From: Minisyncoccota bacterium
GTDB taxonomy: Bacteria; Patescibacteriota; Minisyncoccia; Phycocordibacterales; UBA2100
NCBI GenBank assembly: GCA_035500505.1
Contig: DATJXE010000003.1
Span: 267,605-331,604, forward strand
DNA length: 64,000 nucleotides
Reading direction: 5' to 3'
Part shown: positions 1 to 9,026 of the stretch, piece by piece
Layout of the letters: each line of letters begins with the position of its first letter
How positions within the stretch are numbered: position 1 is the first letter of the stretch
Made by a program: the position numbers and the translations under genes
The notes under the pieces: generated by a model
What the model was told of the DNA's origin: nothing
The model's input: the letters and a program-made list of their open reading frames with translations, nothing else
The model's database searches: none

Positions 1-24
1 GCGCCGTTCAAGTGGCTGGTGCCG

Positions 25-306
25 TTAGGCTGCTTCCAGCTTGCAGTATTGCTCCGGCTTGGAATTGTCGTCGGGCCAGACGATACTGTACCCGCGCTCC
101 TTCCACCACGCTTCTGCAAACGGGGTGATGTATCTGGCCCAGTGAGCCATGATGCCGTGGACTTCGGCGCGGTCGCGTTCTGACATCACTTCGTAGACGT
201 CTCTCGAGCGTGAGCGGTTTTCCGCGCACCACGGCCGCTGTAGCCCCTCGATGTATTGCCGGTACTCCTCTTGCAGAGCGGCCGGCGGTGACACAAGGTC
301 GCTCAT
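25..306 (-). CDS. hypothetical protein (~93 aa)
   Basis: ORF 25..348; more likely start is MSDLVS at 306, preceded by AGGAGG Shine-Dalgarno (SD). Confidence 0.6.
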   Translation of the reverse strand: MSDLVSPPAALQEEYRQYIEGLQRPWCAENRSRSRDVYEVMSERDRAEVHGIMAHWARYITPFAEAWWKERGYSIVWPDDNSKPEQYCKLEAA

Positions 307-320
307 GGCATCCTCCTGCT

Positions 321-905
321 TCACGCTGCGTCGGCGACCGGCGTGCACTTGTACCGGACGCCGTTCATCGACGGATGCCAGAGCACGAAACGCTCACGCT
401 CCTCGATCCATTCGTTGTCGAACATCAGAGCCGGCCTCTTGAGCGTTGCCTCGCACGTATGACACGTACAGTAGGGCACGCCGTTGTCGGTCTCGCCGAC
501 CTCAACGTCATGCCGCGCCCAACGCTCGAAGATCACGCCGCTACTGAAGTTATTGGCGACGAAAACGCCGGCCGACTCGAAGACCGGCTCGAGGTAGTCG
601 ATGTCTTCGACCGCGAATGCGACCCACGGTTTCTCTGGGTGCTTGGCGATCGCTTCGGCGAGCTTGGTGCAGTCGGCAATCATCTGCTCCTGCGAGTGGC
701 CGGCATCGTTGAAGATGGCGACGATCTGCAAGTCCTTACGCTCGGCGATGTATTGGAGGGCGCCGTGGAGCGTGTCGCGGGGGTTGGAGATGTAGGACCA
801 GCCCATGTGATCGCTCTGGAGCGAACCCTTCATCCATATCTTGGTCTGCATCCACTGGTCGACTGATTGGCCGAACAGCAGCACGTCCGTGTGTCTCCGA
901 CTCAT
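321..905 (-). CDS. hypothetical protein with a CxCxxC motif
   Basis: 194-aa ORF with AGGAG SD upstream; co-oriented with the 25..306 ORF. Confidence 0.65.
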   Translation of the reverse strand: MSRRHTDVLLFGQSVDQWMQTKIWMKGSLQSDHMGWSYISNPRDTLHGALQYIAERKDLQIVAIFNDAGHSQEQMIADCTKLAEAIAKHPEKPWVAFAVEDIDYLEPVFESAGVFVANNFSSGVIFERWARHDVEVGETDNGVPYCTCHTCEATLKRPALMFDNEWIEERERFVLWHPSMNGVRYKCTPVADAA

Positions 906-1071
906 GTCGGTCTCCTGTCTGGAACTCCCACGGGTACCGCCGTGGTGCGGTTGTTGGCGAAACCAACGCCGCCCGTACTAAACCACAGATTGGTTTACAA
1001 TGGAAGGCGTGGTTTCAAGTTCAAATCTCCTGACATTAAAATGTCTTGGAAAATAAAGAAGAAATTATGAG

Positions 1072-1417
1072 TGGAGGTGGGGAGAATCGAACTCCCGTCC
1101 AGAAAAAAGCACAGGCACGTGTCTACGATGCGTAGTTCATCTCAAGATTTGAACGCGCCACATAAAAGATGAGCAGAAACGAGACGCGTCGAGTCCTTGT
1201 CTTACGCGAGCGTCGGACGCCGCTCGCGAGTGCTTGAAGAATGACGCCCAACGAGCTTACTCAAGCTCTAGACTCGCGGACGGCCGGTTAGGCAAAGGCC
1301 GGAACCGGCGCAAATGCTACTTTGTTCGCACTTGATGTTTTGAATGGGTTTGGAGAGACATTCACTCTCGCATCGCGCGCACAAGCGCCGATTTTCCTGT
1401 CGAAGCCAGTCACCCCC
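1072..1417 (-). ncRNA. ssrA: tmRNA; tag (A)ANKVAFAPVPAFA* at 1329..1288
   Basis: 5' GGGGGTGACTGGCTTCGAC; 3' GGGAGTTCGATTCTCCCCACCTCCA with G3.U acceptor pair; tag ORF ends in AFA-stop; adjacent to smpB. Confidence 0.95.
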
Positions 1418-1483
1418 CACCTCCGAATCACAAAGTGACTCAGAGGTGGCGATTGACTGGCCTGCCTGCGTAGGCAGGCAATA

Positions 1484-1924
1484 TTATTTTTTCAACGTGC
1501 GTTCGATCCGACGCTTCTCCTCGCGCCCCCGAATGTTCTGACGCTTGTCTTCCTTTTTCTTTCCGCGCGCGATCGCTAGGAGGAGCTTCAATCGAGTGCC
1601 TTTATTGTATACCTTTAAAGGCACGATTGTCAACCCCTTTTGGCCTTCTGCGCTCGAGATATGAGCGATCTCGCTCCGAGAAAGGAGGAGCCGCCGCGTC
1701 CGCTCCGGGTCATATCCCTTCGGCGCATTCGCCACCTGCCACGCGGGGATGCTCGCCCCCACCAAATACGCTTCGCCGCCGCGTGCGACCACGCGGGCGC
1801 CTTTCAGGGAACCGTTCCCCGCGCGTAGCGATTTCACTTCGAATCCATGCAATTCCAAACCCGCCTCGAGCTCTTCGAGGATCGTGTAATCAAACCCGAC
1901 TCGCTTGTTTTCGACGACGGTCAT
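1484..1924 (-). CDS. smpB: SsrA-binding protein SmpB
   Basis: ENKR..FDY.ILEELEAGLELHGFEVKSLR, RTRRLLL, ARGKKKEDKR motifs; start at 1924 follows TACACT-N6. Confidence 0.95.
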   Translation of the reverse strand: MTVVENKRVGFDYTILEELEAGLELHGFEVKSLRAGNGSLKGARVVARGGEAYLVGASIPAWQVANAPKGYDPERTRRLLLSRSEIAHISSAEGQKGLTIVPLKVYNKGTRLKLLLAIARGKKKEDKRQNIRGREEKRRIERTLKK

Positions 1925-1991
1925 TCGAGCAGTGTACCGCGCGCAACAATTCTTTCCACCGCGCGTCAAATATGTATAATGACGCTTTCAT

Positions 1992-3914
1992 ATGCCGAAC
2001 TCCGACGACAACAAGAACAAAAAGCGCCCGCAAAGCGCTCCACCCCAAGGTCCTTCGATCTGGGTGCAGCTCGCGATCGCAGCGGTTGTGTTCCTCATTC
2101 TCTCGGCGGGATACTCGGCGGTGCGCGACTACGTCTCGCAGAAGAGTGAAACGGTCGCCATCTCACAGATAGCCGACGACATCAACGCCGGCAAAATATC
2201 CTCCATCACGGTCGAAGGGGACACGGTGACCGCGACGTACACCGACGGGACGAAGAAGCAATCGCACAAAGAAACCGAAGACTCGCTCACGCAGACACTC
2301 GTCAACTACGGGCTCTCGCCTGAAAAAATAGCCGCGGTCCAGGTAACGATCCAGGATCAGTCCGGGCTGGAATTCTGGACGCTGGAGCTGCTCCCCATCG
2401 TCATTCCGACGCTCATGATCCTCGGGCTCGTCTGGTACATCACGCGTCAGTTGCGCGGCGGAGGCGGCATGCAAGCGTTCACGTTCGGCCGTTCGCTCGC
2501 GCGGATGATATCACCGGAAGACTCCGCGCAGCGCGTCACGTTCGCCGACGTCGCAGGCGCGAAAGAAGCAAAAACGGAACTCCTTGAGATAGTCGACTTC
2601 TTGAAAAATCCCAAAAAATTCATCCAGATAGGCGCACGCATCCCCAAGGGCGTGCTTCTCATGGGTGCGCCGGGCACCGGCAAGACGCTGCTTGCGCGCG
2701 CGGTCGCGGGCGAAGCGGGCGTGCCGTTTTTCACGATATCCGGTTCGGAATTCGTCGAGATGTTCGTCGGTGTCGGCGCCTCCCGCGTGCGCGATCTGTT
2801 CCTGACGGCAAAAAAGGCGGCACCGGCGATCATTTTCGTGGACGAGATAGACGCGGTCGGGCGCGTGCGTGGCTCCGGAGTTGGCGGCGGCAACGATGAG
2901 CGCGAGCAAACACTGAACCAGATCCTCGTTGAGATGGACGGCTTCGAGCCGGCCGAAAAAGTCATCGTCATGGCGGCGACCAACCGTCCAGACGTCCTTG
3001 ACCCGGCGCTCTTGCGCCCTGGCCGTTTTGACCGCCGCGTCGTCATCGACCTGCCCGATAGAAAAGACCGCGAGGACATTCTCATGACGCATGCGCGCAA
3101 AAAGCCTTTGGGCGCCGACGTGAAGCTCACGGTCATCGCGGAAAGGACGCCCGGGTTCAGTGGCGCTGACCTTGCCAATTTGATGAATGAAGCAGCCATT
3201 CTTGCCGCGCGGGAAAACCGCAAAGAAATAACGCAGTACGACCTCATTCGTTCGATAGAAAAAGTCATGCTCGGGCCGGAGCGCCGCTCGCACGTGTTGA
3301 ACACGAAGGAAAAGGAGATAACTGCATACCACGAAGCCGGGCACGCGCTCGTCGCATCGGTCTTGCCGCACGCCGATCCCGTGCACAAGATCTCCATCAT
3401 CTCGCGCGGCCGCGCCGCCGGATACACGCTGAAACTCCCGCTCGACGAGCGCCGTATGCAATCGCGCAAGGAATTCCTCGATGACATCGCGGTGAGCCTG
3501 GGCGGTTTCCTTGCGGAGAAGACCGTCTTCGGTGACATCACGACGGGAGCCTCGAACGACTTGCAGGTACTGACCGCGCTCGCGCGCAACATGGTCGCGC
3601 GCTTCGGCATGTCGGACAAAATGGGACCCGTCGCTTTTGCGGCAAGCGCGCGGCAAGCGCTTTTCGGCGAGGGCGTCGAAGAGGAAGCGTCGCAGGAAGT
3701 TGCCGCGCAGATAGACGCTGAAGTGAGAAAGATAATCGAAGGCGCGCAGAAGAAAGCGGAGGGTGTTCTGAAGAAGCACCGCAAGACACTGGATGCGATC
3801 GCACAGAGGCTCGTGGAGGTGGAAACCATCGAGCGCGAAGAGTTCGAGGACATCCTGATAGCGCACGGGATCACGCCGAAGAAAAAAGAGGTCATCGAGC
3901 CGCCGCTCGTGTAA
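1992..3914 (+). CDS. ftsH: ATP-dependent zinc metalloprotease FtsH
   Basis: two TM helices, GAPGTGKT Walker [14 protein letters not shown] zinc motif. Confidence 0.97.
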   Translation: MPNSDDNKNKKRPQSAPPQGPSIWVQLAIAAVVFLILSAGYSAVRDYVSQKSETVAISQIADDINAGKISSITVEGDTVTATYTDGTKKQSHKETEDSLTQTLVNYGLSPEKIAAVQVTIQDQSGLEFWTLELLPIVIPTLMILGLVWYITRQLRGGGGMQAFTFGRSLARMISPEDSAQRVTFADVAGAKEAKTELLEIVDFLKNPKKFIQIGARIPKGVLLMGAPGTGKTLLARAVAGEAGVPFFTISGSEFVEMFVGVGASRVRDLFLTAKKAAPAIIFVDEIDAVGRVRGSGVGGGNDEREQTLNQILVEMDGFEPAEKVIVMAATNRPDVLDPALLRPGRFDRRVVIDLPDRKDREDILMTHARKKPLGADVKLTVIAERTPGFSGADLANLMNEAAILAARENRKEITQYDLIRSIEKVMLGPERRSHVLNTKEKEITAYHEAGHALVASVLPHADPVHKISIISRGRAAGYTLKLPLDERRMQSRKEFLDDIAVSLGGFLAEKTVFGDITTGASNDLQVLTALARNMVARFGMSDKMGPVAFAASARQALFGEGVEEEASQEVAAQIDAEVRKIIEGAQKKAEGVLKKHRKTLDAIAQRLVEVETIEREEFEDILIAHGITPKKKEVIEPPLV

Positions 3915-3919
3915 ACGGA

Positions 3920-3950
3920 ACACTCGCGAACCTCCGGCTCGCGAGTGTCA
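3920..3950. terminator. hairpin between convergent genes
   Basis: ACACTCGCGA...TCGCGAGTGT inverted repeat after the ftsH stop. Confidence 0.55.
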
Positions 3951-4370
3951 TTGCGGTTCGACCGCCTCACATTTGAACGGGTCAGCCCGGCGCAGATGTC
4001 GATGCTCCCGAGAAAGTTTGAGACCCGTCAGCACTGCTGGAATGCCGGCCCCGATATAGGGACCCAAAAAGTTGAGAAAAACCATGACGTCCGGTTCGAA
4101 TGCCATTGCAATCGCGCACATGGCCAATATTCCGAAACCAGCATAGCACCATGAGAACAGTTGTTGCCGGAGTTCCGCGGGCACATGGTGTGCGCGTGCG
4201 GCCCAATTCCAAACAACAAAAGGCCATCTCAGAAAAAACGGCACGGACAGCACGATGCGCCCGGCTCTAGCGAGATAGTCGCGCATGCGCACCCTCCACG
4301 TTCGCAAGTCGGAATGACCCGCCTGTCGGAACTTTACCGCCCTTTCTTTTCTGGTCAATTTTGCGGGCAA
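3948..4370 (-). CDS. hypothetical membrane protein (start uncertain)
   Basis: 140-aa ORF with hydrophobic segments filling the ftsH-pyrB gap. Confidence 0.45.
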   Translation of the reverse strand: MPAKLTRKERAVKFRQAGHSDLRTWRVRMRDYLARAGRIVLSVPFFLRWPFVVWNWAARAHHVPAELRQQLFSWCYAGFGILAMCAIAMAFEPDVMVFLNFLGPYIGAGIPAVLTGLKLSREHRHLRRADPFKCEAVEPQ

Positions 4371-4428
4371 AAATCGCCTACGGACAAAATTTGTACTTCG
4401 GAAAAGAGCGTGCTACAGTCTGCTTTTG

Positions 4429-5445
4429 ATGGCCGTAGTATTGAGCAAGAAATCTCCCTCGGCGGCGGAAAAGGACCTCAATTCCATCCGCAAAGGCCGT
4501 GACCTCTCTTTTTTCGATCTCCTTTCGATAGATCAGGTTTCCAAAGAAGACCTGGTCCTTTTGTATGACGTCGCACGCCGCTTTCGCGACTACAAGACCT
4601 ATAAGTTCTCGTTCAACAAGGGGTACTCGCAAGTGAACGCGTTCTTCGAGCCTTCGACGCGCACGAGCTCGAGCTTCGATCTCGCCGCGAAGCAACTTTC
4701 GATGGACACCGCGGGGGTAAGCTCGAACAGCTCCGTCGAAAAAGGCGAGAGCTATCTCGACACCATTCAGACGATAGACGCCTACAACGTGAGGACCATC
4801 GTCATCCGCTCCAAAGAGAGTGGCGTCCCCGAGGTGATGGCGCGGCATACGCAGGCTTCCATCATCAACGCGGGCGACGGCTGGCACGAACATCCGACGC
4901 AGGCGCTTCTCGACGGTCTTACGATGCTCGACCACTTCGGCACAAGGGACCTCAAAGGCCGCACGATCCTCATCGTCGGCGACATCATGCACTCGCGCGT
5001 GTTCGGCTCGCTCGTGCGGCTTTCGCGCAAACTCGGCGCCACGGTACGCATCGCCGCGCCGCTCACGCTCATTCCCGAGCACGTGGAGAAATTCGGCGTG
5101 AAGTGGTACGGCAATGTCGAAGAGGCGCTCAAGGGAGCCGACGTCGTCTACGCCCTTCGGGTGCAAAGCGAACGCGGCGCCAACGGCTTCATCCCGACCT
5201 TGCGTGAATATTCGAAGATGTTCGGCATCTCGCGCAAACGCCTCGACCTCGCCAAAAAAGACGCCATCCTCATGCACCCCGGTCCCGTCATCCGCGATAT
5301 AGACGTGCACTCGGCGCTAGCCGCCGTGGACGAGCAATCGTACATCCTGCGACAGGTCGAGAACGGCATGGCGGTGCGCAAGGCGCTTTTGTGGCTCCTC
5401 GCCGACCGTTTGGACGGGAAGCAAAAGACCTTCACGCGCAAATAA
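4429..5445 (+). CDS. pyrB: aspartate carbamoyltransferase catalytic subunit
   Basis: FFEPSTRT, INAGDG.HEHPTQALLD, MHPGP motifs. Confidence 0.95.
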   Translation: MAVVLSKKSPSAAEKDLNSIRKGRDLSFFDLLSIDQVSKEDLVLLYDVARRFRDYKTYKFSFNKGYSQVNAFFEPSTRTSSSFDLAAKQLSMDTAGVSSNSSVEKGESYLDTIQTIDAYNVRTIVIRSKESGVPEVMARHTQASIINAGDGWHEHPTQALLDGLTMLDHFGTRDLKGRTILIVGDIMHSRVFGSLVRLSRKLGATVRIAAPLTLIPEHVEKFGVKWYGNVEEALKGADVVYALRVQSERGANGFIPTLREYSKMFGISRKRLDLAKKDAILMHPGPVIRDIDVHSALAAVDEQSYILRQVENGMAVRKALLWLLADRLDGKQKTFTRK

Positions 5446-5446
5446 T

Positions 5447-6739
5447 ATGAGCACGCTTCTCATCCGCGGCGGACACGTGATAGACCCGAAGAACGGTATC
5501 GACGGGCAGAACGACGTCTTTGTGCGCGACGGCAAGATCGCGGCAATTGGAAAAAAATTGAAAGAGAAGGCCGATAGGGAGATAGACGCCAAGGGCCTCG
5601 TCGTGACGCCCGGTCTCATCGACCTCCACGTGCATTTCCGAGAGCCGGGCAGAGAAGACAAAGAAACACTGGAAACCGGTTCAAAAGCGGCGCTTGCCGG
5701 GGGCATCACCGCGGCGCTTGCGATGCCCAATTCGACCCCGGTCGCCGACAACCAGACCGTCATCGAATTCATTCTGAAGCGCTCACGCGAGCTCGACCTC
5801 ATCACCATTTACCCGACGGGAGCGATCACGAAAGCCCAAGAGGGAGTGATGCTCGCGGAGATAAACGAATTGAAGAATGCCGGCGCGCTCGCGGTGACCG
5901 ACGACGGGCACGACGTGCAGAAAGAAGGCGTGCTGAAGCGCGCGATGGAATACGCGAAAACGTGTGGCATACTCCTCATGAGCCACTGCGAAACGAAGGA
6001 CCTGACCGAAGACGGCGTTATGCACGAGGGTTGGGTCTCGACCCAACTCGGGCTCCCCGGCAGCCCCGCGCTCTCCGAGGACATGGCCGTGTACAAGAAT
6101 ATTTTGCTTGCGGAGAAGACCGGTGCGCGACTACATCTCATGCACAACTCAACCGCAGGCGCCATTCGCGCGATACGCGAGGCAAAAGCGCGCGGCGCCA
6201 AGAACATCACTGCCGAAGTGTCCGTCCAGCACTTCGCGCTTACCGATGAAGAATGCATGGGCTACAACACCAACGCAAAAATGTATCCGCCACTTCGTTC
6301 GCAGGAGCACCTCGACGCGGTAATAACGGGTATCAAGGACGGCACAATAGACGCGTTCACGACCGATCACGCGCCGCACATCGAGCCGGAAAAGCTCAAA
6401 GCCTTCCAGGATGCCGCGTTCGGCAGCGTCGGGCTCGAGACGAGCTTCGCGGTCATGTACACCTACCTCGTGAAGCCAAAACACCTCTCGCTCGCGAAGG
6501 GCATAGAAAAAATGACGAGCGCACCCGCGCGCATCGTGGGGCTCGACAAGGGCCATCTCTCTGTAGGGGCCGACGCCGACATCGCGATATTCGACACGGA
6601 CAAGACATGGACGGTCGACGAAAAGAAATTCTTCTCGAAAGGCAAGAGCTCCGCGTTCATCGGCAAAAAACTCACCGGCAAAGCCGTGTATACGATAGTC
6701 GGCGGCGCGGTGAAATACGAGAACGGCGCCATCGTGTAG
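5447..6739 (+). CDS. pyrC: dihydroorotase (type I)
   Basis: PGLIDLHVHFREPG, MPNSTP, TDHAPH motifs; follows pyrB. Confidence 0.93.
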   Translation: MSTLLIRGGHVIDPKNGIDGQNDVFVRDGKIAAIGKKLKEKADREIDAKGLVVTPGLIDLHVHFREPGREDKETLETGSKAALAGGITAALAMPNSTPVADNQTVIEFILKRSRELDLITIYPTGAITKAQEGVMLAEINELKNAGALAVTDDGHDVQKEGVLKRAMEYAKTCGILLMSHCETKDLTEDGVMHEGWVSTQLGLPGSPALSEDMAVYKNILLAEKTGARLHLMHNSTAGAIRAIREAKARGAKNITAEVSVQHFALTDEECMGYNTNAKMYPPLRSQEHLDAVITGIKDGTIDAFTTDHAPHIEPEKLKAFQDAAFGSVGLETSFAVMYTYLVKPKHLSLAKGIEKMTSAPARIVGLDKGHLSVGADADIAIFDTDKTWTVDEKKFFSKGKSSAFIGKKLTGKAVYTIVGGAVKYENGAIV

Positions 6740-6769
6740 TCCGAAAACACGTTTTGCTATACTGCCGCG

Positions 6770-7906
6770 ATGGCGAGTAACGACAAAAAAGCGCTCGCGC
6801 TCCACAAAAAACTCGGCGGAAAAGTGCGCATCGAGCCGGCGGCGCCGGTGCGCAACAGAAAAGATCTCGCGCTCATCTACACGCCGGGCGTTGCGGCCGT
6901 TTCCTCGCTCGTTGCCGCACATCCAGAACTCGCGCGAGAGTATACGATGAAAGGCCGCACCATCGCCGTCGTTTCGGACGGTTCGGCGGTGCTCGGCCTC
7001 GGCAACATCGGCGCTCTCGGAGCGCTGCCCGTCATGGAAGGGAAGTGCGCGATACTCAAATCGTTCGCGGGCGTTGATGCGGTGCCCATCGTGCTTGACA
7101 CGCAGGACCCGGACAAAATAGTGGAGACCGTTATCGCCGTCGCGCCGGCATTCGGCGGGATAAATCTGGAAGACATCGCCGCGCCGAAATGTTTCGGAAT
7201 AGAACGTCGCCTCATCGAAGCACTCGACATCCCCGTCATGCACGACGATCAGCACGGCACGGCGATCGTCGTTTTGGCCGCGCTCATGAACGCGCTCAAG
7301 GTCGTCGGCAAATCGCTGGAAAGCGCGAACATAGTGATAAGCGGCGCGGGCGCGGCCGGTTCCGCCGTGGCAAACCTCCTGTATGCCGCAGGCGCGAGGC
7401 ATCTCGTGGTACTCGACAGCAAGGGCATCATCGGTGTGCACCGCGCAGACCTAGTGAAACACAAGCTTGAATTGGCCGAGCGCACGAACCCGCACAAGTT
7501 ACAGGGATATTTACACCACGCACTTCCGGGCGCCGACGTCCTCATCGGCGTTTCTGGTCCCGGACTTGCCCGAGCGGCAGATATTCGCTTGATGAACAAA
7601 AAAGCCATAGTGTTCGCGCTCGCCAATCCCACTCCTGAAATTATGCCGGACGAAGCAAGGAAGGGCGGCGCGGTTGTAGTCGGCACGGGCCGCTCGGATT
7701 TCCCGAATCAGATAAACAACTCACTCGTTTTTCCCGGAATTTTCCGCGGCGCCCTCGACCATCACGTTCGTCGCATTACCGAAGCGCACAAGCTCGCGGC
7801 GGCGAAGGCAATCGCCGGACTCGTCAAAAAACCGACGGCAAACAAGATCGTTCCGGACATGTTCGATAAGAGGGTGGCGAAGGCAGTGGCAAAAGTGATA
7901 CGCTAG
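6770..7906 (+). CDS. NAD(P)-dependent malic enzyme
   Basis: YTPGVA, SDGSAVLGLGNIG, PVMEGK, HDDQHGT, GAGAAG, ANPTPEI motifs. Confidence 0.93.
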   Translation: MASNDKKALALHKKLGGKVRIEPAAPVRNRKDLALIYTPGVAAVSSLVAAHPELAREYTMKGRTIAVVSDGSAVLGLGNIGALGALPVMEGKCAILKSFAGVDAVPIVLDTQDPDKIVETVIAVAPAFGGINLEDIAAPKCFGIERRLIEALDIPVMHDDQHGTAIVVLAALMNALKVVGKSLESANIVISGAGAAGSAVANLLYAAGARHLVVLDSKGIIGVHRADLVKHKLELAERTNPHKLQGYLHHALPGADVLIGVSGPGLARAADIRLMNKKAIVFALANPTPEIMPDEARKGGAVVVGTGRSDFPNQINNSLVFPGIFRGALDHHVRRITEAHKLAAAKAIAGLVKKPTANKIVPDMFDKRVAKAVAKVIR

Positions 7907-7913
7907 CACCTAG

Positions 7914-8233
7914 CCGCCCGTAGCTCAATTGGTTACCTGCCTGCCGGCAGGCAGGGAGCACCGAGCTTATGATTGGCAGCGAGTGGTCATTGAAAATGTG
8001 TGTCCGTCTGTAAGCACAGCTTTCATACGGGGCGCTCGGAAAAAATGAGAATATGGTATTCTCATTTTGTTCCTCGCTACCGTCTGTAGCTCAATTGGTT
8101 AGAGCACCGAGCTTATACCTCGGGGGTTCCTGGTTCGAGTCCAGGCAGACGGACAGACATTTTCACTTGACCCGAGCGAACCAATCACACGAAGTATCCT
8201 CGGGGGTTCTTGGTTCGAGTCCAAGCGGGCGGA
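7914..8233 (+). pseudogene. split outer tRNA-Ile(UAU): 5' half 7914-7970 with a 20-bp palindrome in the D-loop, 3' half ~8198-8233
   Basis: CCGCCCG/CGGGCGG acceptor, CCGAG/CTCGG anticodon stem, CTTGG-TTCGAGT-CCAAG T arm; halves separated by ~225 bp. Confidence 0.8.
8080..8153 (+). tRNA. tRNA-Ile(UAU)
   Basis: cloverleaf with CCGTCTG/CAGACGG acceptor, CCGAG-CTTATAC-CTCGG anticodon arm, TTCGAGT T loop. Confidence 0.92.
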
Positions 8234-8259
8234 CAAAAAGACCGTGGTACCATGCCGAA

Positions 8260-8511
8260 ATGGAATCGCGTGGAGAAAAGATATGGAACACGATAGTGCA
8301 GGTATGTTTACCGAGCCTTACGGTGCTTGGATTTTTCTTGACCGCATCGAAGCTTCCGCAATACGGTGTCATCGTCGGATTGGTCTCTGAAATTTTCTGG
8401 GCGTACGCTTCATACCGGTCGTGGAAGGAAGGACAGTGGGGGATCGCGGTCACAACGACCGTTGTGACCATTATCTTTATTTACGGGATACTCAACTACT
8501 GGTTCTTCTGA
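8260..8511 (+). CDS. small membrane protein (3 TM; PnuC/SemiSWEET-like size)
   Basis: hydrophobic C-terminal part of ORF 8053..8511; start MESRG follows TACCAT-N6. Confidence 0.7.
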   Translation: MESRGEKIWNTIVQVCLPSLTVLGFFLTASKLPQYGVIVGLVSEIFWAYASYRSWKEGQWGIAVTTTVVTIIFIYGILNYWFF

Positions 8512-8512
8512 T

Positions 8513-8977
8513 ATGGCACACATCCACGAGAAGATAGATTTTACCGTAACTGTTTTCGTCGTATATCGCCATAAAGTTCTCCTGCGCAAGCACGAAAAGT
8601 ATGGTTTGTGGCTCGCACCCGGCGGGCATGTCGAACTCGACGAAGATCCGACGCAAGCCGCACTAAGGGAGGTGAAAGAGGAGGTCGGCCTCGATTTGAT
8701 ATTGGTCGGCAACCCAATACCACCGATCGTTGGTACGAAACGATACCGACAACTTCTTCCGCCGAAATACTTAAACAGGCATATTGCGGATAATAATGGA
8801 CACGAACATGTCGATTCCGTGTACTTTGCTCGTTCGGAAACAGACGTGATCATCCCAGAGGACCCTTCCGACGAATGCCGTTGGTTGACGAAAGAAGAGG
8901 TTGAGAAGAACGAACTCAGTATCCCCGAGGATGTGCGATGGTATGCACTCGATGCCCTCAAAGAGCTCGCTTCGTGA
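8513..8977 (+). CDS. NUDIX hydrolase
   Basis: Nudix box GGHVELDEDPTQAALREVKEEVG. Confidence 0.92.
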   Translation: MAHIHEKIDFTVTVFVVYRHKVLLRKHEKYGLWLAPGGHVELDEDPTQAALREVKEEVGLDLILVGNPIPPIVGTKRYRQLLPPKYLNRHIADNNGHEHVDSVYFARSETDVIIPEDPSDECRWLTKEEVEKNELSIPEDVRWYALDALKELAS

Positions 8978-9026
8978 GTGTGCATAGGCGCGTTGCGCCT
9001 CCTGGGGGTCGTGCCACAATACGACC

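Noticed and set aside
2447-3970. Long antisense ORFs (also 29413..31095, 6149..7441, 39285..40343, 56393..57631)
   Set aside because: Shadows of well-supported genes on the opposite strand in high-GC DNA; no recognisable motifs.
7971-8197. Group I or group II intron in the outer tRNA-Ile
   Set aside because: No terminal G or recognisable P7 core, no GUGYG start or domain V, and most of the length is a tRNA plus inverted arms.
8053-8259. N-terminal extension of ORF 8053..8511
   Set aside because: It runs through tRNA sequence; the start at 8260 has a -10-N6 signal.
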